The position numbers were made by a program, and so were the translations under genes. The notes below the pieces were generated by a model. That model was not told the DNA's origin, did no database searches, and was given only the letters and a program-made list of their open reading frames with translations. Below, piece by piece: positions 46,656 through 56,720 of a stretch of 64,000 nt of DNA. Origin of the DNA: Patescibacteria group bacterium (lineage in GTDB: Bacteria > Patescibacteriota > Minisyncoccia > Phycocordibacterales > PALSA-1337); contig JAGWLA010000002.1 of the NCBI GenBank assembly GCA_028865095.1, positions 49,319 through 113,318 on the forward strand. The letters are read 5' to 3'. Position 1 is the stretch's first letter; the number at the start of each line of letters is the position of its first letter.

Positions 46656-47837
46656 TTAAGGAAGGAAGCGCTTCACCCAGCGGAAGGCGGCTTTCCAGGA
46701 TTGCTTCAGGAACATGGACGCGGGATCGATATCGGGCCCTTCGTCGGCGTGGATGCCGGCGATGCAGAGCCCGTAGGCCACCGCCCAGGTGGCGTCCTTG
46801 AAGGACGATTTGCCGTCGATGGCGCCGATCGAGCCGATGCGGGAAGGGAGCTTCAAGGCGGCTTTGGCCAGAGCGTCGATGGAGTTCAGGCCCGACCCGC
46901 CGCCGGTGATGACGATGCCGGCGGGCAGGAGGCCGTTCCTGCCGATCTTGCGCAGGTGGGAGTCGATGAGCTCGAATATGTCGGACAGCCGTGCGGCCAC
47001 GATCTCCTCGAGCTTCTTGCGCGGGAACGACGAGCCGGTGATGGCGCCGATCTTGATCTGCTCCGCTTCCTCGAGAGGCACTTTGAGCCCGAGGGCGATG
47101 TCGTTGGTGATGTCGGTCGACCCGATGGGGAAGACTTCGAGCGACGAGGGGACGTTGTTCTCGAAGACCACGATGGAGACGGTCTCGGCGCCGATGTTGG
47201 CGAGGACGCAGCCGGCCACTTTCTGGGCTTTGGACAAGGTCACGAAGCCCGCCGCGATCGGCGACGCCATGACGTCCTCTACTTCGATGCCGGCTTCGTT
47301 GACGGCCTGGATGAGGTCGGTGACGTGATGGTCGAGGCAGGTGACGAACAGCGACTTGAGCTCGAGCTTGTTGCCGGTGAGGCCGATCGGGTCGCCGAGG
47401 ACCGCTTCGCCGTCGATCCGGTACTGGAGGGGGATGTCATATATGATGCGGCGGTTGGCGATGGACGTCTTGGGGATGTCCTTCTCGCACTGCTCATGGA
47501 GCTTGGCGATGTCGATATGGGTGATCTCGGCGTCCGCCCGCGAGGTCATGACGGTGCCGGTGACGGCGGCGCTGCCGAGGCCGATGCCGCCCATCCCGAC
47601 GAAGGCGCGCTTGATCGAGCGGCCGGCTTTCTCCTCGGCGATGGCGACGGCCCGCTTGACGCTCTCGGCCACGTCGCGGACGTTGGTCACATAGCCGTGG
47701 CGGAGGCCGCGCGACTCGGCCATGCCCGCTCCGATGACCCGGGGCAACCCTTTCTCGTTCTTCTCGCCGGGGTCGACGACGACGACCTTGACCAGATTGG
47801 TCCCCACGTCTATTCCAGTGACTATGTTTCTTGCCAT
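46656..47837 (-). CDS. ftsA: cell-division protein FtsA (actin-like ATPase)
   Basis: Actin-fold phosphate-1 motif (VTGIDVGTNLVKVVV), adenosine motif (VITGGGSGLNSI). Start chosen at MARNIVTGIDVG. Confidence 0.85.
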   Translation of the reverse strand: MARNIVTGIDVGTNLVKVVVVDPGEKNEKGLPRVIGAGMAESRGLRHGYVTNVRDVAESVKRAVAIAEEKAGRSIKRAFVGMGGIGLGSAAVTGTVMTSRADAEITHIDIAKLHEQCEKDIPKTSIANRRIIYDIPLQYRIDGEAVLGDPIGLTGNKLELKSLFVTCLDHHVTDLIQAVNEAGIEVEDVMASPIAAGFVTLSKAQKVAGCVLANIGAETVSIVVFENNVPSSLEVFPIGSTDITNDIALGLKVPLEEAEQIKIGAITGSSFPRKKLEEIVAARLSDIFELIDSHLRKIGRNGLLPAGIVITGGGSGLNSIDALAKAALKLPSRIGSIGAIDGKSSFKDATWAVAYGLCIAGIHADEGPDIDPASMFLKQSWKAAFRWVKRFLP

Positions 47838-47844
47838 CGATGTA

Positions 47845-48234
47845 TTAGATCTTGAATCGCCGCCGGAACGAGGCTTCGATGCGCTCCATTGTACTCCCAT
47901 GATCGTATCCTTTCAAATGCGCGCACCCGTGGATGAAGAGGAAAGCGATGAAATTCGGGTACGTCCGGCCGAACTCCTTCGCCTGCTTCCGCGCTTCCGA
48001 CGGGGATATGTATATCTCGCCCTCGCCGTCTGCCAGAGGGAAGCTCAAGATGTCGGTCGGCTCGTCCTTGTCGCGGTATATGGCGTTGAGCTTCTTCATC
48101 CGGGAGGGAGAGACGAAGACCAGGCTCAGCCGATAGCGCGGGCCGAGCATGGCCCGGGCGATGGCCGAAAAAGGCGCGCGCGGGATGGCCGCGCGCGTCT
48201 CATTGGCGATGGCTATGCCCGTCGCTGACGGCAT
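47845..48234 (-). CDS. ybeY: rRNA maturation endoribonuclease YbeY
   Basis: Conserved HGxLHLxGYDH-type motif (FIHGCAHLKGYDH) and typical length (129 aa). Confidence 0.8.
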   Translation of the reverse strand: MPSATGIAIANETRAAIPRAPFSAIARAMLGPRYRLSLVFVSPSRMKKLNAIYRDKDEPTDILSFPLADGEGEIYISPSEARKQAKEFGRTYPNFIAFLFIHGCAHLKGYDHGSTMERIEASFRRRFKI

Positions 48235-48236
48235 GC

Positions 48237-48488
48237 CTATGACCGGTGGCCCCTGCGGGTCGGGGCCGCCTGGATCTTGCCGAGCTTGATGAGCTCCTCG
48301 GTCTCCTTGCGGCGGGCGATGGCCTTGAGGGCCCTCTGCTTGACCTTGAACGGGGACTGGGTGCGCCCGCTGAAGCGGATGCTCCTCACGCGGGGGATGA
48401 CCCCGGAGCTCTGGACCTTGCGGCTGAAGCGGCGGAGGGTGCTCAAGGCTCCCTCGCCGGCCGCGCGCGTTATCTCTACGTTTATCAT
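48237..48488 (-). CDS. rpsU: putative 30S ribosomal protein S21
   Basis: MINVEITRAAGEGALSTLRRFSRKVQSSGVIPRVRSIRF...SPFKVKQRALKAIARRK follows the S21 pattern (ALRRFKR...G...E.R.R..YEKPS..RKR). Adjacent to ybeY. Start placed at the internal Met. Moderate confidence. Confidence 0.45.
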   Translation of the reverse strand: MINVEITRAAGEGALSTLRRFSRKVQSSGVIPRVRSIRFSGRTQSPFKVKQRALKAIARRKETEELIKLGKIQAAPTRRGHRS

Positions 48489-48541
48489 GGGGTGAAGATT
48501 AGCACGGATATCGGGAACGCGCAAATGGCGCTTGGGGCCGG

Positions 48542-49834
48542 TCAGCGCCCCCAATGCTTCCTCTCGACGCGCTTCATGTAGTCGGGGAGGTCGTCGATCG
48601 GCACCGTCTCCTGGGAATAGGTGTCGACGCGGCGGACGATGGCGGAGCGCTCGACCGCCTCTTTCTTGCCGATGACGATGACGTACGGGGTATGGTAGCG
48701 CTCGACCGTCGAGACCTGGGCTCCGAGCCGGTCCTTGGCCAGGGAGAGATAGAGCGGGATCTTGGCTTTGCGGAGCCGCTCGATGACGTCGAGGGACATG
48801 AGCTTCGATTCGATGCCGAGCTGGACGAACGAGGCGATCGGGCGCTTGATGCGCTTGACCGCGCCGCGGAGGCCGCGGCCGCTCTCCTTGATGAGGAGGG
48901 AGAGGCCGACTCCCTGGATGTCCTTCTTCATGCCGAGCCTCTTGGCCAGGCCGTTGTAGCGCACGCCGATGCCGAGCACGCGCTGGCCTTTCGCGCCCTT
49001 GGCGCCGTCGCCGTCAGCGGCGACGATGGAGAATATCGTCTCGGTGCCGTACGAGCGGTTCCCGATGAGGCCGTTGTTGATCGAATACGGGACGCCCAGG
49101 GATTCGAGGTATTCGAGCACTTCCTCGAGATGGCGGCGGCTCGCTTCCGACAGGAAGTTCATGGCGCGCGGCGCTTTGTCGTTGATCTCCGCGCAGGCGG
49201 AGTCGTGCGACGACAGGAGCTCGAACGGCCCTTTCTTGAAGAGCTGGCGGCACTCGGGCGTCATGTCGTTGATGCATTTGCGGTAATAGGCGGTCAGCTC
49301 GCGGCTGAAGCGGGCGAGGGAATCGCGGTCGCCGACGCTGTTCACTTCCACCCGGGTGTCCGCGTAGCCTTCTTCGGCGAGCATGGCGCGGCCGGCCTGG
49401 ACGAGGGTGGCCTCGGCGATCGGCCCCGAAGCGCCGATGATCTCCAAGTCGGCGTAGCGGTGGTGCGGGCTCTTCTTGGCGCCGGCGGAGCCGATGCCCC
49501 TGCACGGGTCTTTGAGGTACAGGCATACCGGCTGGGTCAGGGAGGCCCAGTCCTCTTCATGATAGGTGCGGATGAGGGCGATCTTCTCTTCGACGCGGAG
49601 CGGCATCTTGCCATGGCTCTCCGTCTCGTCGTCGATATAGTCGCCGTCGGTGATCCCTTTGGCGGCGTCGAGGTCGGCTTTCGATATGGCAGGGCTCTTG
49701 ATGGGAGAGAAGCCGTAATACATCGCCACTTCGCCGATCTTGTCCAGATGGTCGATGGGCACGAACCGCGAGGCTCCTTTCGAGCTCCGCTGCTCGCCCT
49801 CCGTCCCCGGCTTGTGGTCAGTTCGCTGGTTCAT
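48542..49834 (-). CDS. hisS: histidine--tRNA ligase (class IIa), divergent
   Basis: Class II core with a HisRS-type GIGVRYNGLAKRLG (GGRYDGL-like) motif and a C-terminal anticodon-binding domain (PYVIVIGKKEAVERSAIVRRVDT). N-terminal start uncertain. Confidence 0.55.
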   Translation of the reverse strand: MNQRTDHKPGTEGEQRSSKGASRFVPIDHLDKIGEVAMYYGFSPIKSPAISKADLDAAKGITDGDYIDDETESHGKMPLRVEEKIALIRTYHEEDWASLTQPVCLYLKDPCRGIGSAGAKKSPHHRYADLEIIGASGPIAEATLVQAGRAMLAEEGYADTRVEVNSVGDRDSLARFSRELTAYYRKCINDMTPECRQLFKKGPFELLSSHDSACAEINDKAPRAMNFLSEASRRHLEEVLEYLESLGVPYSINNGLIGNRSYGTETIFSIVAADGDGAKGAKGQRVLGIGVRYNGLAKRLGMKKDIQGVGLSLLIKESGRGLRGAVKRIKRPIASFVQLGIESKLMSLDVIERLRKAKIPLYLSLAKDRLGAQVSTVERYHTPYVIVIGKKEAVERSAIVRRVDTYSQETVPIDDLPDYMKRVERKHWGR

Positions 49835-50441
49835 GGTAGGAGCCGGGCAGGAACGATATCTGGCTCAAAGGGGTGAGCCGCACGATCGGCCTGCCGATGA
49901 TGAGGGAAGCGTCGAGAGGCCCCCACGCCCGGGAATCGGAGCTCTGGGCGCGGTTGTCGCCCATGACGAAGTATTGGCTGGGGCCGAGCGGATATACGCC
50001 GTCGTCATGCGACGCATGGCTCGGCGATACGTAGGGCTGCGGCACCGCGACCGTGGTGGTCGCGCCGGGCTCCCTGACGCCGACCTCGCCGTCCTTCACG
50101 ACCACGATCTCGCCGGGGAGGCCGATGATGCGCTTGATATAGTATATGCTCGGGTCGTCGGGGAAGCGGAAGACGATCACGTCTCCCCGCTGGGGCTTCT
50201 CGAAATCATACGTCAGCCTATCGACGATCAGGAACTGCCCGGTGGAGAAGGTCGGGTCCATCGAAGCGCCGTTCACCACGAACGGCTCGGCGATGAAGAG
50301 GCGGATCGGGATCGCCACCGCCAGGGCGATGACGATCACTTTCGCCCATTCCCAGACGGTGCGCCTGAACGAGGTGTTGGGTTGGCCCGCTTCAGGTGGC
50401 ATGATGGCGTGTATTGTATTCCTCATCGGGGTTCGGCGCAA
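49818..50441 (-). CDS. lepB: signal peptidase I
   Basis: TM anchor, catalytic Ser box (FVVNGASMDPTF), Lys box (YIKRIIGLPGE), GDNRAQSSDSRAWG. Confidence 0.8.
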   Translation of the reverse strand: MRRTPMRNTIHAIMPPEAGQPNTSFRRTVWEWAKVIVIALAVAIPIRLFIAEPFVVNGASMDPTFSTGQFLIVDRLTYDFEKPQRGDVIVFRFPDDPSIYYIKRIIGLPGEIVVVKDGEVGVREPGATTTVAVPQPYVSPSHASHDDGVYPLGPSQYFVMGDNRAQSSDSRAWGPLDASLIIGRPIVRLTPLSQISFLPGSYHEPAN

Positions 50442-50494
50442 GCTCCCCGCCGCCGGGCTCTTGATGCCGCGTCCCTCTCTGATATACTTCCGCC

Positions 50495-51112
50495 ATGCCC
50501 TATATCATCGCCGGCCTCGGGAATCCCGGGGAAGAGTACGAAGGCACCCGCCACAATGCGGGCCGCATGGTCCTCGAAGCCATCAGGAAGGGATATGCCG
50601 CTTCCGCCTTCGAGCACGACAAGAAGCTGAACGCCCTCACAGCCGAAGCCACGATCGGCGGCGCCAAGGCCCTGCTCGTCGCCCCCGACGGCTTCATGAA
50701 CAATTCAGGGAAGTCTCTCGCACCCATCGTCACAGCCAAGAAGGACGCGGCGCTCAAGCGGAACGCCGCCAACGGCCTGCTAGTCATATATGACGACTTC
50801 CAGCTGCCGATCGGCAGGATGAAGCTGTCTTACGATAAGAGCTCGGGCGGCCATAACGGCCTCGAGTCGGTCATCAAGGCCGTGAAGACGCAGGCTTTCC
50901 CGCGCCTGCGCATCGGCACCGCTCCCGCCGACGCCAAAGGCAACGCCAAAGTCCCCCACGGCGACGAGAAGATCGAGAAGTTCATCCTCGGGCCCTTCAA
51001 GCCCGAAGAGCTGAAAGCCCTAAAGAAAGCGGCGGCCAAAGCCGTCAAAGTCGCGGAGATATGGGTCAAAGAGGGGAGAGAGAAGGCCACGAACGTGGCC
51101 AACACGGACTAG
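50495..51112 (+). CDS. pth: peptidyl-tRNA hydrolase
   Basis: YIIAGLGNPGEEYEGTRHNAGRMVLE, GHNGLES motif. 205 aa. Confidence 0.85.
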   Translation: MPYIIAGLGNPGEEYEGTRHNAGRMVLEAIRKGYAASAFEHDKKLNALTAEATIGGAKALLVAPDGFMNNSGKSLAPIVTAKKDAALKRNAANGLLVIYDDFQLPIGRMKLSYDKSSGGHNGLESVIKAVKTQAFPRLRIGTAPADAKGNAKVPHGDEKIEKFILGPFKPEELKALKKAAAKAVKVAEIWVKEGREKATNVANTD

Positions 51113-51122
51113 CGCTCCGTGT

Positions 51123-51422
51123 CTATCTCGTCCCGGGCACGACCTGCACCTCCGAATATGTCAGCTTCTTGGGCCCCGCGATGATGGACCACAGGTCGCT
51201 CGCCAAGGCTCCCGCCCCGGCGACCATCGATTGGGCGGGAGAGCCGGCCCGGTCGACGGCGGAAGCCACTGCGGCCCCGCTCTTGATGTCTATGCCCGTG
51301 ATCGATCCTACCCAGAAGACGGCCATGATCGCCGTGGCGCCGAACGCCCACCAGAACGCCGCGCGGCGCTTGTCCTTCTCGGGCTTCGAACGGACGTTCT
51401 CGATGTATGATCTGATGCTCAT
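51123..51422 (-). CDS. hypothetical small membrane protein
   Basis: 99 aa with one TM helix (AAFWWAFGATAIMAVFWVGSI). Weak call. Confidence 0.3.
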   Translation of the reverse strand: MSIRSYIENVRSKPEKDKRRAAFWWAFGATAIMAVFWVGSITGIDIKSGAAVASAVDRAGSPAQSMVAGAGALASDLWSIIAGPKKLTYSEVQVVPGTR

Positions 51423-51478
51423 GTCGGCTTAAGCATACCACCGCCGCATGCGGGCGCAAGGCTGCGCGAGCGGCCCGG

Positions 51479-52114
51479 TCAGCACTCCGCTTCCAGGACC
51501 ATGACCTCGGCCTCTTTCCCTTCCAGGTCCTTCTTCTTGAGAGTGAGCTTCGCTTCGGGCTTCGGGCTCTCGCCGGCTTCCTTCAAGAAGGCTTTCAGGG
51601 CGTCTTTGCCGCCGATGTCCCCGAAATGGATGGGGATGATCAGCTTCGGGCCCATGGATACCGCCAGCTTATAGGCGCGGGCGGGGTCGAGCACCCCGTC
51701 GCCGCCTATCGGCACGAAGAGGATGTCCACGCCGTCGATGGCCTCGTCGGCCTCCTTCGGCAGCTCGCTCTGGTCGAGCGCGCCGAGATAGCAGATGTTC
51801 ATGCCCTCGAGCGTCACCGAATATATGGTGTTGATCCGCTTCTCTCCGCCGTATCCGGAATCGGAAGCGAAGCCTTTGATGAAGACGCCCTTGGCCTCGT
51901 ATTCGCCGGGGCCGGTGATGGCGAACGGCTTCTTGTCGCCGAACGTCACCTGGTCGATGCCGTTCATGTCCTCGTGGTTGAGCGACGAGAGCACGATGTC
52001 GGCGCCGTACTTGGCCGGCTTGAGCTTCGAGTCCTTGGAAACCGGATTGAACGCCAGGACCGTGTCGCCGAACTGGGCTTTGACGGATTCTCCGCCGAGG
52101 AAGGTGATGATCAT
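51479..52114 (-). CDS. MBL-fold metallo-hydrolase-like protein
   Basis: MIITFLGGESV..., ADIVLSSLNHEDM, ILFVPIGGDG, IIPIHFGD. Resembles beta-lactamase-fold Zn-hydrolases of the UlaG/YtnP type. Confidence 0.5.
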   Translation of the reverse strand: MIITFLGGESVKAQFGDTVLAFNPVSKDSKLKPAKYGADIVLSSLNHEDMNGIDQVTFGDKKPFAITGPGEYEAKGVFIKGFASDSGYGGEKRINTIYSVTLEGMNICYLGALDQSELPKEADEAIDGVDILFVPIGGDGVLDPARAYKLAVSMGPKLIIPIHFGDIGGKDALKAFLKEAGESPKPEAKLTLKKKDLEGKEAEVMVLEAEC

Positions 52115-52259
52115 ATGGCTGGTAATCTAGCATAGAAGCTGCTATAGTTCCACCGAACGGCGCATGCCGTTTTACGTTCGCAGTTAACAGCCCGCGTCAT
52201 CCCGCCTTTATTATCATAAGCCCGGCAACGGGCGAACTGGCGGCTCGCGGGACATATCA

Positions 52260-53471
52260 ATGTTCAAAAAGCTCAAAGAGACCCTCGTCGGCGCCCCTGC
52301 CGGCGAACCGGCCCGGGCGGCCGCCGCAGATCCTGCTTCCTCCGATAAGGACGGAGCCGCCCCCGCCAAGAAGAAAGAAGCGGAGATGGTCCTGACCGAC
52401 GCCCAGAAAGCGAGCGCCATGGCGCCTTTCGTCGCGTCCATGAAGAACCCTCCGGTCATCGGCGACCTCGTCGAAGGGCCGGTCATCGCCCTCGATAAGG
52501 CGGCCGTCTACGTCGACCTCGCCCCGTTCGGCACCGGCATCATATACGGCCGCGAATTCATCGTGGCCCGCGACGTCATCAAGAAGATCAACGTCGGCGA
52601 CGTCATCGCCGCCAAGATCGTGGACGATGCGCACAAGGAAGGCTATCTCGAGCTCTCCCTGAAGGAGGCCCGCCAAGCGCTCATCTGGAGCGAGGCCGAA
52701 GCCGCCATCAAGGAGAAGAAGTCTCTCGACCTTCCCGTCAAGGAAGCCAACAAGGGCGGCCTCCTCATCGAATGGCAGGGCATCGTCGGCTTCCTGCCGG
52801 CGTCCCAGCTCAAGGCCGACCATTATCCCCGCGTCTCCGACGGCGACAAGGACAAGATCCTCGACGAGCTCAAGAAGCTCGTCGGCACCCGCCTCGAAGT
52901 GTCGATCATCACCGCCGACCCGAAGGAAGGCAAGCTCATCTTCTCGGAGAAGGGCTCCGAGCACAAAGAGAAGGAGAAGATCGTCAGCAAATACGAGATC
53001 GGCGACGAGGTCGAAGGCCTGGTCACCGGCGTGGTGGACTTCGGCGTCTTCGTCAAGCTGGAGGAAGGCCTCGAAGGCCTGGTCCATATCTCCGAGATCG
53101 ACTGGGGCCTGGTGGACGACCCTCGCAACTTCGTGAAGACCGGCCAGAAGATCAAGGCCAAGATCATCGAGATCAAGGACGGCAAGATCTCCTTGTCCAT
53201 GAAGCAGCTCCGCCCCAATCCGTGGCTGGAAGCCTCCAAGAAGTACAAGAAGGACATGCCCGTCACCGGCGTCATCATCAAATTCAACAAGCACGGCGCC
53301 CTCGCCTCCATCGAGGAGGGAGTGGCCGGCCTGGTCCATGTCTCCGAGTTCGGCTCCGAGGAGAAGCTCCGCAAAGCCCTCGAGCTCGGCAAGACCTATC
53401 CGTTCAAGATCGCCCTCTTCGACCCGAAAGACCAGAAGATGGCCCTCTCGTTCGCGGGGGACAAGAAATAA
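52260..53471 (+). CDS. rpsA: 30S ribosomal protein S1 (four S1 domains)
   Basis: Repeated S1 OB-fold units (GDLVEGPVIALDKAAVYVDL, GLLIEWQGIVGFLPASQ, DEVEGLVTGVVDFGVFVKL, MPVTGVIIKFNKHGALASI). Low-complexity N-terminal leader. Confidence 0.8.
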   Translation: MFKKLKETLVGAPAGEPARAAAADPASSDKDGAAPAKKKEAEMVLTDAQKASAMAPFVASMKNPPVIGDLVEGPVIALDKAAVYVDLAPFGTGIIYGREFIVARDVIKKINVGDVIAAKIVDDAHKEGYLELSLKEARQALIWSEAEAAIKEKKSLDLPVKEANKGGLLIEWQGIVGFLPASQLKADHYPRVSDGDKDKILDELKKLVGTRLEVSIITADPKEGKLIFSEKGSEHKEKEKIVSKYEIGDEVEGLVTGVVDFGVFVKLEEGLEGLVHISEIDWGLVDDPRNFVKTGQKIKAKIIEIKDGKISLSMKQLRPNPWLEASKKYKKDMPVTGVIIKFNKHGALASIEEGVAGLVHVSEFGSEEKLRKALELGKTYPFKIALFDPKDQKMALSFAGDKK

Positions 53472-53492
53472 GCCCGCTCCGCGGCGCGCTGA

Positions 53493-53518
53493 AAAGGCCC
53501 TTCAAGGGCCTTTTCTTA
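53493..53518 (+). terminator. rho-independent terminator after rpsA
   Basis: AAGGCCC-TTCA-AGGGCCTT hairpin followed by TTTCTTAT. Confidence 0.55.
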
Positions 53519-53530
53519 TGGGCCGTTTTT

Positions 53531-53539
53531 TGCTATAAT
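53531..53539 (+). promoter_or_regulatory. extended -10 element TGCTATAAT for gyrA
   Basis: TTTTTTGCTATAATGGGGAGACCTATG places the -10 only about 10 nt before the gyrA ATG at 53550 (GGAG in between), suggesting a very short leader. Confidence 0.4.
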
Positions 53540-53549
53540 GGGGAGACCT

Positions 53550-56018
53550 ATGGCCAAGAAACCGGAGGAGAAGATGCCTGACGAGCGCCCGGCCCAGACC
53601 GGCGTCGTCGCGCGCTCGATCACGACCGAGATGCGCGAGTCATACCTCGACTATGCCATGTCCGTCATCACGGCGCGCGCCCTTCCGGACGTGCGCGACG
53701 GCCTCAAGCCCGTCCATCGCCGCATCCTTTACGCCATGCACGAGAAAGGCCTGACCGCTTCCGCCAAGTTCCGCAAATCGGCCGTGGTGGTCGGCGACGT
53801 GCTCGGCAATTATCACCCGCACGGCGACGTGGCCGTCTACGACACCCTCGTCGGCATGGCCCAGGATTTCCGCATGCGCTACCCGCTCGTCCAGGGGCAG
53901 GGCAACTTCGGCAACATCGACGGCGACCCGGCCGCCGCCATGCGCTACACCGAGGCCCGCATGTCCCGGCCGGCCGCGGAATTGCTGCGCGACATCGACA
54001 AGGACACCGTCGACTTCAGGCCTAACTACGACGGCACGCGCACGGAGCCCGTCGTCCTCCCCACGGCCGTGCCGAACATGCTCCTGAACGGCACGCTCGG
54101 CATCGCCGTCGGCATGGCCACGAACATCGCCCCCCACAACCTGGGCGAAGTCGTCGATGCGACGGCCCACCTCATCGAGAACAAGGACGCCACCACCGAA
54201 GACCTCCTCGGCTTCATCAAGGGCCCCGATTTCCCGACCGGCGCCGTCATGTACGGCGAGAAGGACATCCATCACGCCTATACCACCGGCCGCGGCCCCA
54301 TCGTGGTGCGCGGCGAGGCCGAGATCATCGAAGACAAGAAAGGCCAATACCAGATCGTCATCACTTCCATCCCGTACCGCGTCAACAAGGCCGAGCTCAT
54401 CATGAAGATCGCCGACCTCGTCCGCGACAAGGTCATCGAGGGAGTCCGCGCCCTTCGCGACGAGTCCGACAAGGACCTGCGCATCGTCATCGAGCTCAAG
54501 CAGGGCTCGTTCCCCGAGAAGACCCTCAACCTCCTCTATAAGCACACCCAGCTCGAGGACAGCTTCCACGTCAACATGGTGGCTCTGGTTAACGGCGTGC
54601 CCCAGACCCTCGGCCTCAAGTCCATCCTCCAGGAATTCGTCGCCCACCGCATCGAGGTCATCCGCCGCCGGACCAAGTTCGACCTCGACGCCGCCCAGGC
54701 CCGCGAGCACATCCTCCTCGGCCTGAAGAAGGCCCTCGACCACATCGACGAGATCATCAGCCTCATCCGGGCCTCGAAGGACGTCGCCGACGCCAAGGCC
54801 GGCCTGATGAAGAAGTTCAAGTTCAGCGACCTCCAGGCCCAGGCCATCCTCGACATGCGCCTCCAGAAGCTCGCTGGCCTCGAGCGCAAGAAAGTCCTCG
54901 ACGAGCTCGCCGAGGTCCAGGCCCTCATCGAGGAGCTCAAAGGCATCCTCGGCTCGGAGAAGAAGGTCCGCGGCATCATCACCAAGGAGCTCGCCGAGAT
55001 CAAGGCCAAGTACGGCGACGACCGCCGGACCAAGCTGGTCAAGCACGGCGTCAAGGAATTCAAGGCAGAGGACCTCATCGCCGACGAGGAATCCGTGCTC
55101 GTCCTCACCAAGGGCGGCTACGTCAAGCGCACCGACCCCGCCGAATACCGCAAGCAGAAGCGCGGCGGCGTCGGCGTCGTCGACCTCGACACCAAGGAGG
55201 AGGATTTCATATCGCATCTCGTCTTCGCCAGCACCCATAACGACCTCCTTTTCTTCACCGACAAGGGCAAAGCCTATCAGATCAAGATGTTCGAGATCCC
55301 CGAAGGCAAGCGCGCCACCAAGGGCAAGTCCGTCATGAACTTCTTGTCGCTCGCGGAAGGGGAGCGGGTCACGTCCATCCTGCCCATGCCCAAGAACAAG
55401 AAGGAGGCCGAAGGCCTCTCGCTCATGCTCGTCACCCGCGATGGCACCGGCAAGAAGACGTCCGCCGCCCATTTCAAGGACGTCCGCCGCTCCGGCCTCA
55501 TCGCCATCACTCTCGACGCCGGGGACGAGCTCATCTCCGCAAGCTTCGCCTCGAAGGGCGACGAGGTCATGATCGCCACCAAGGACGGGCAGTCCATCCA
55601 TTTCAAAGAGTCGGATATCCGCGAGATGGGCCGCAACGCCGCCGGCGTGCGGGCCATCAAGCTCGACAAGGGCGACGCCGTCATCTCCGCCGACGTCGTC
55701 TCGAAGGGCGCCAAGAACCCCTGCCTGTTCGTTATGGGGGCCAACGGCTACGGCAAGAAGACCGAGCTGTCCGAATACAAGGTCCAGGGCAGGGGAGGCT
55801 CCGGCATTCTCACCATGAACGTCACTTCCAAGACCGGCCCGCTCATCGCCGCCAAAGTGGTGACCGACGACGACGCCGAAGTCGTGGCCATGTCCAAGAA
55901 GTCGCAGGTCATCCGGACCGACCTCAAGGAGATACCGACCCTCTCGCGCGCCACCCAGGGCGTCCGCGTCATGAAGCTCCGCGAAGGGGATTCGCTCGCC
56001 TCGCTCATCTGCCTGTAG
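53550..56018 (+). CDS. gyrA: DNA gyrase subunit A
   Basis: Active-site region ([29 protein letters not shown]), the catalytic Tyr context, QRR loop-like region, and C-terminal beta-pinwheel repeats. Start at MAKKPEE (53550) rather than the listed 53538, which overlaps the -10 box. Confidence 0.9.
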   Translation: MAKKPEEKMPDERPAQTGVVARSITTEMRESYLDYAMSVITARALPDVRDGLKPVHRRILYAMHEKGLTASAKFRKSAVVVGDVLGNYHPHGDVAVYDTLVGMAQDFRMRYPLVQGQGNFGNIDGDPAAAMRYTEARMSRPAAELLRDIDKDTVDFRPNYDGTRTEPVVLPTAVPNMLLNGTLGIAVGMATNIAPHNLGEVVDATAHLIENKDATTEDLLGFIKGPDFPTGAVMYGEKDIHHAYTTGRGPIVVRGEAEIIEDKKGQYQIVITSIPYRVNKAELIMKIADLVRDKVIEGVRALRDESDKDLRIVIELKQGSFPEKTLNLLYKHTQLEDSFHVNMVALVNGVPQTLGLKSILQEFVAHRIEVIRRRTKFDLDAAQAREHILLGLKKALDHIDEIISLIRASKDVADAKAGLMKKFKFSDLQAQAILDMRLQKLAGLERKKVLDELAEVQALIEELKGILGSEKKVRGIITKELAEIKAKYGDDRRTKLVKHGVKEFKAEDLIADEESVLVLTKGGYVKRTDPAEYRKQKRGGVGVVDLDTKEEDFISHLVFASTHNDLLFFTDKGKAYQIKMFEIPEGKRATKGKSVMNFLSLAEGERVTSILPMPKNKKEAEGLSLMLVTRDGTGKKTSAAHFKDVRRSGLIAITLDAGDELISASFASKGDEVMIATKDGQSIHFKESDIREMGRNAAGVRAIKLDKGDAVISADVVSKGAKNPCLFVMGANGYGKKTELSEYKVQGRGGSGILTMNVTSKTGPLIAAKVVTDDDAEVVAMSKKSQVIRTDLKEIPTLSRATQGVRVMKLREGDSLASLICL

Positions 56019-56021
56019 CCT

Positions 56022-56145
56022 CAGAGGAAGAAATGCCCTCTCAGAATCAGAACAGCCCCTGCAGGGGCTGTTCTTCGTCCTCGACGATTCCCTGCTGGAA
56101 ATCGTCTGCGGATGTTCTTCAAGGGCGTTTCTTCCTCTGAGGCTG
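56022..56145 (+). repeat. 16-bp perfect inverted repeat (GCCTCAGAGGAAGAAA / TTTCTTCCTCTGAGGC) enclosing a GC-rich palindromic hairpin
   Basis: Outer arms at 56022-56037 and 56130-56145. Inner hairpin AACAGCCCCTG/CAGGGGCTGTT at about 56055-56076. Located between gyrA and the methyltransferase gene. Confidence 0.35.
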
Positions 56146-56201
56146 CGCAGCTGTCCCCAGGCGTATTCCTCGAGCATCCGTTTTCGCTGTATAATTGCAG
56201 C

Positions 56202-56720
56202 ATGTTCTCCGATCCTGCCGCGAATATCGCCAAGCTCGGCCTCGCCGAAGGCATGAAAGTGGCCGATCTCGGAGCCGGCTCCGGCTTCTATGCCATCGAG
56301 GCGGCCAAGAAAGTCGGGGCGAGCGGCCGGGTCTATGCCGTCGACGTCCAGAAGGACCTGCTCGAGCGCCTGCGCTCCGCCGCCCAGGCGGCAGGCCTCC
56401 ACAACGTCGAAGTCGTCTGGGGCAACGCCGAGAAGATCGGCGGCACCAAGCTGCGCGAAGGGGCGGCCGACCGGGCCATCGTCTCCAACGTGCTCTTCCA
56501 GGTCGCGGCGCCCGACGACTTCGCCCTCGAAGCCAAGCGCATCCTGAAGCCCGGCGGCAAAGCGCTGGTCGTCGACTGGAGCGAAGCGAGCCCGCTCGGC
56601 CCGAAGACCGTCTTCCCGTCCATGAAGGCCCAAGCCCTCTTCGAGAAGAGCGGCTTCGCGCTCGAGCAGTCGTTCAAGGCGGGCGACCATCATTACGGCC
56701 TCGTATTCACCCGCACATGA
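56202..56720 (+). CDS. class I SAM-dependent methyltransferase
   Basis: SAM-binding motif I (VADLGAGSGFYAIEAA), motif II/III (RVYAVDVQ, IVSNVLFQV). A TGTATAAT -10 element ends 7 nt before the ATG (leaderless-like). Confidence 0.7.
   Translation: MFSDPAANIAKLGLAEGMKVADLGAGSGFYAIEAAKKVGASGRVYAVDVQKDLLERLRSAAQAAGLHNVEVVWGNAEKIGGTKLREGAADRAIVSNVLFQVAAPDDFALEAKRILKPGGKALVVDWSEASPLGPKTVFPSMKAQALFEKSGFALEQSFKAGDHHYGLVFTRT

Noticed and set aside
52115-52259. Hairpin AACGGC-GCAT-GCCGTT in the divergent region between the MBL-hydrolase gene and rpsA
   Set aside because: Short stem with no adjacent T-run appropriate for either flanking gene's 3-prime end (both genes start here), so not called a terminator.
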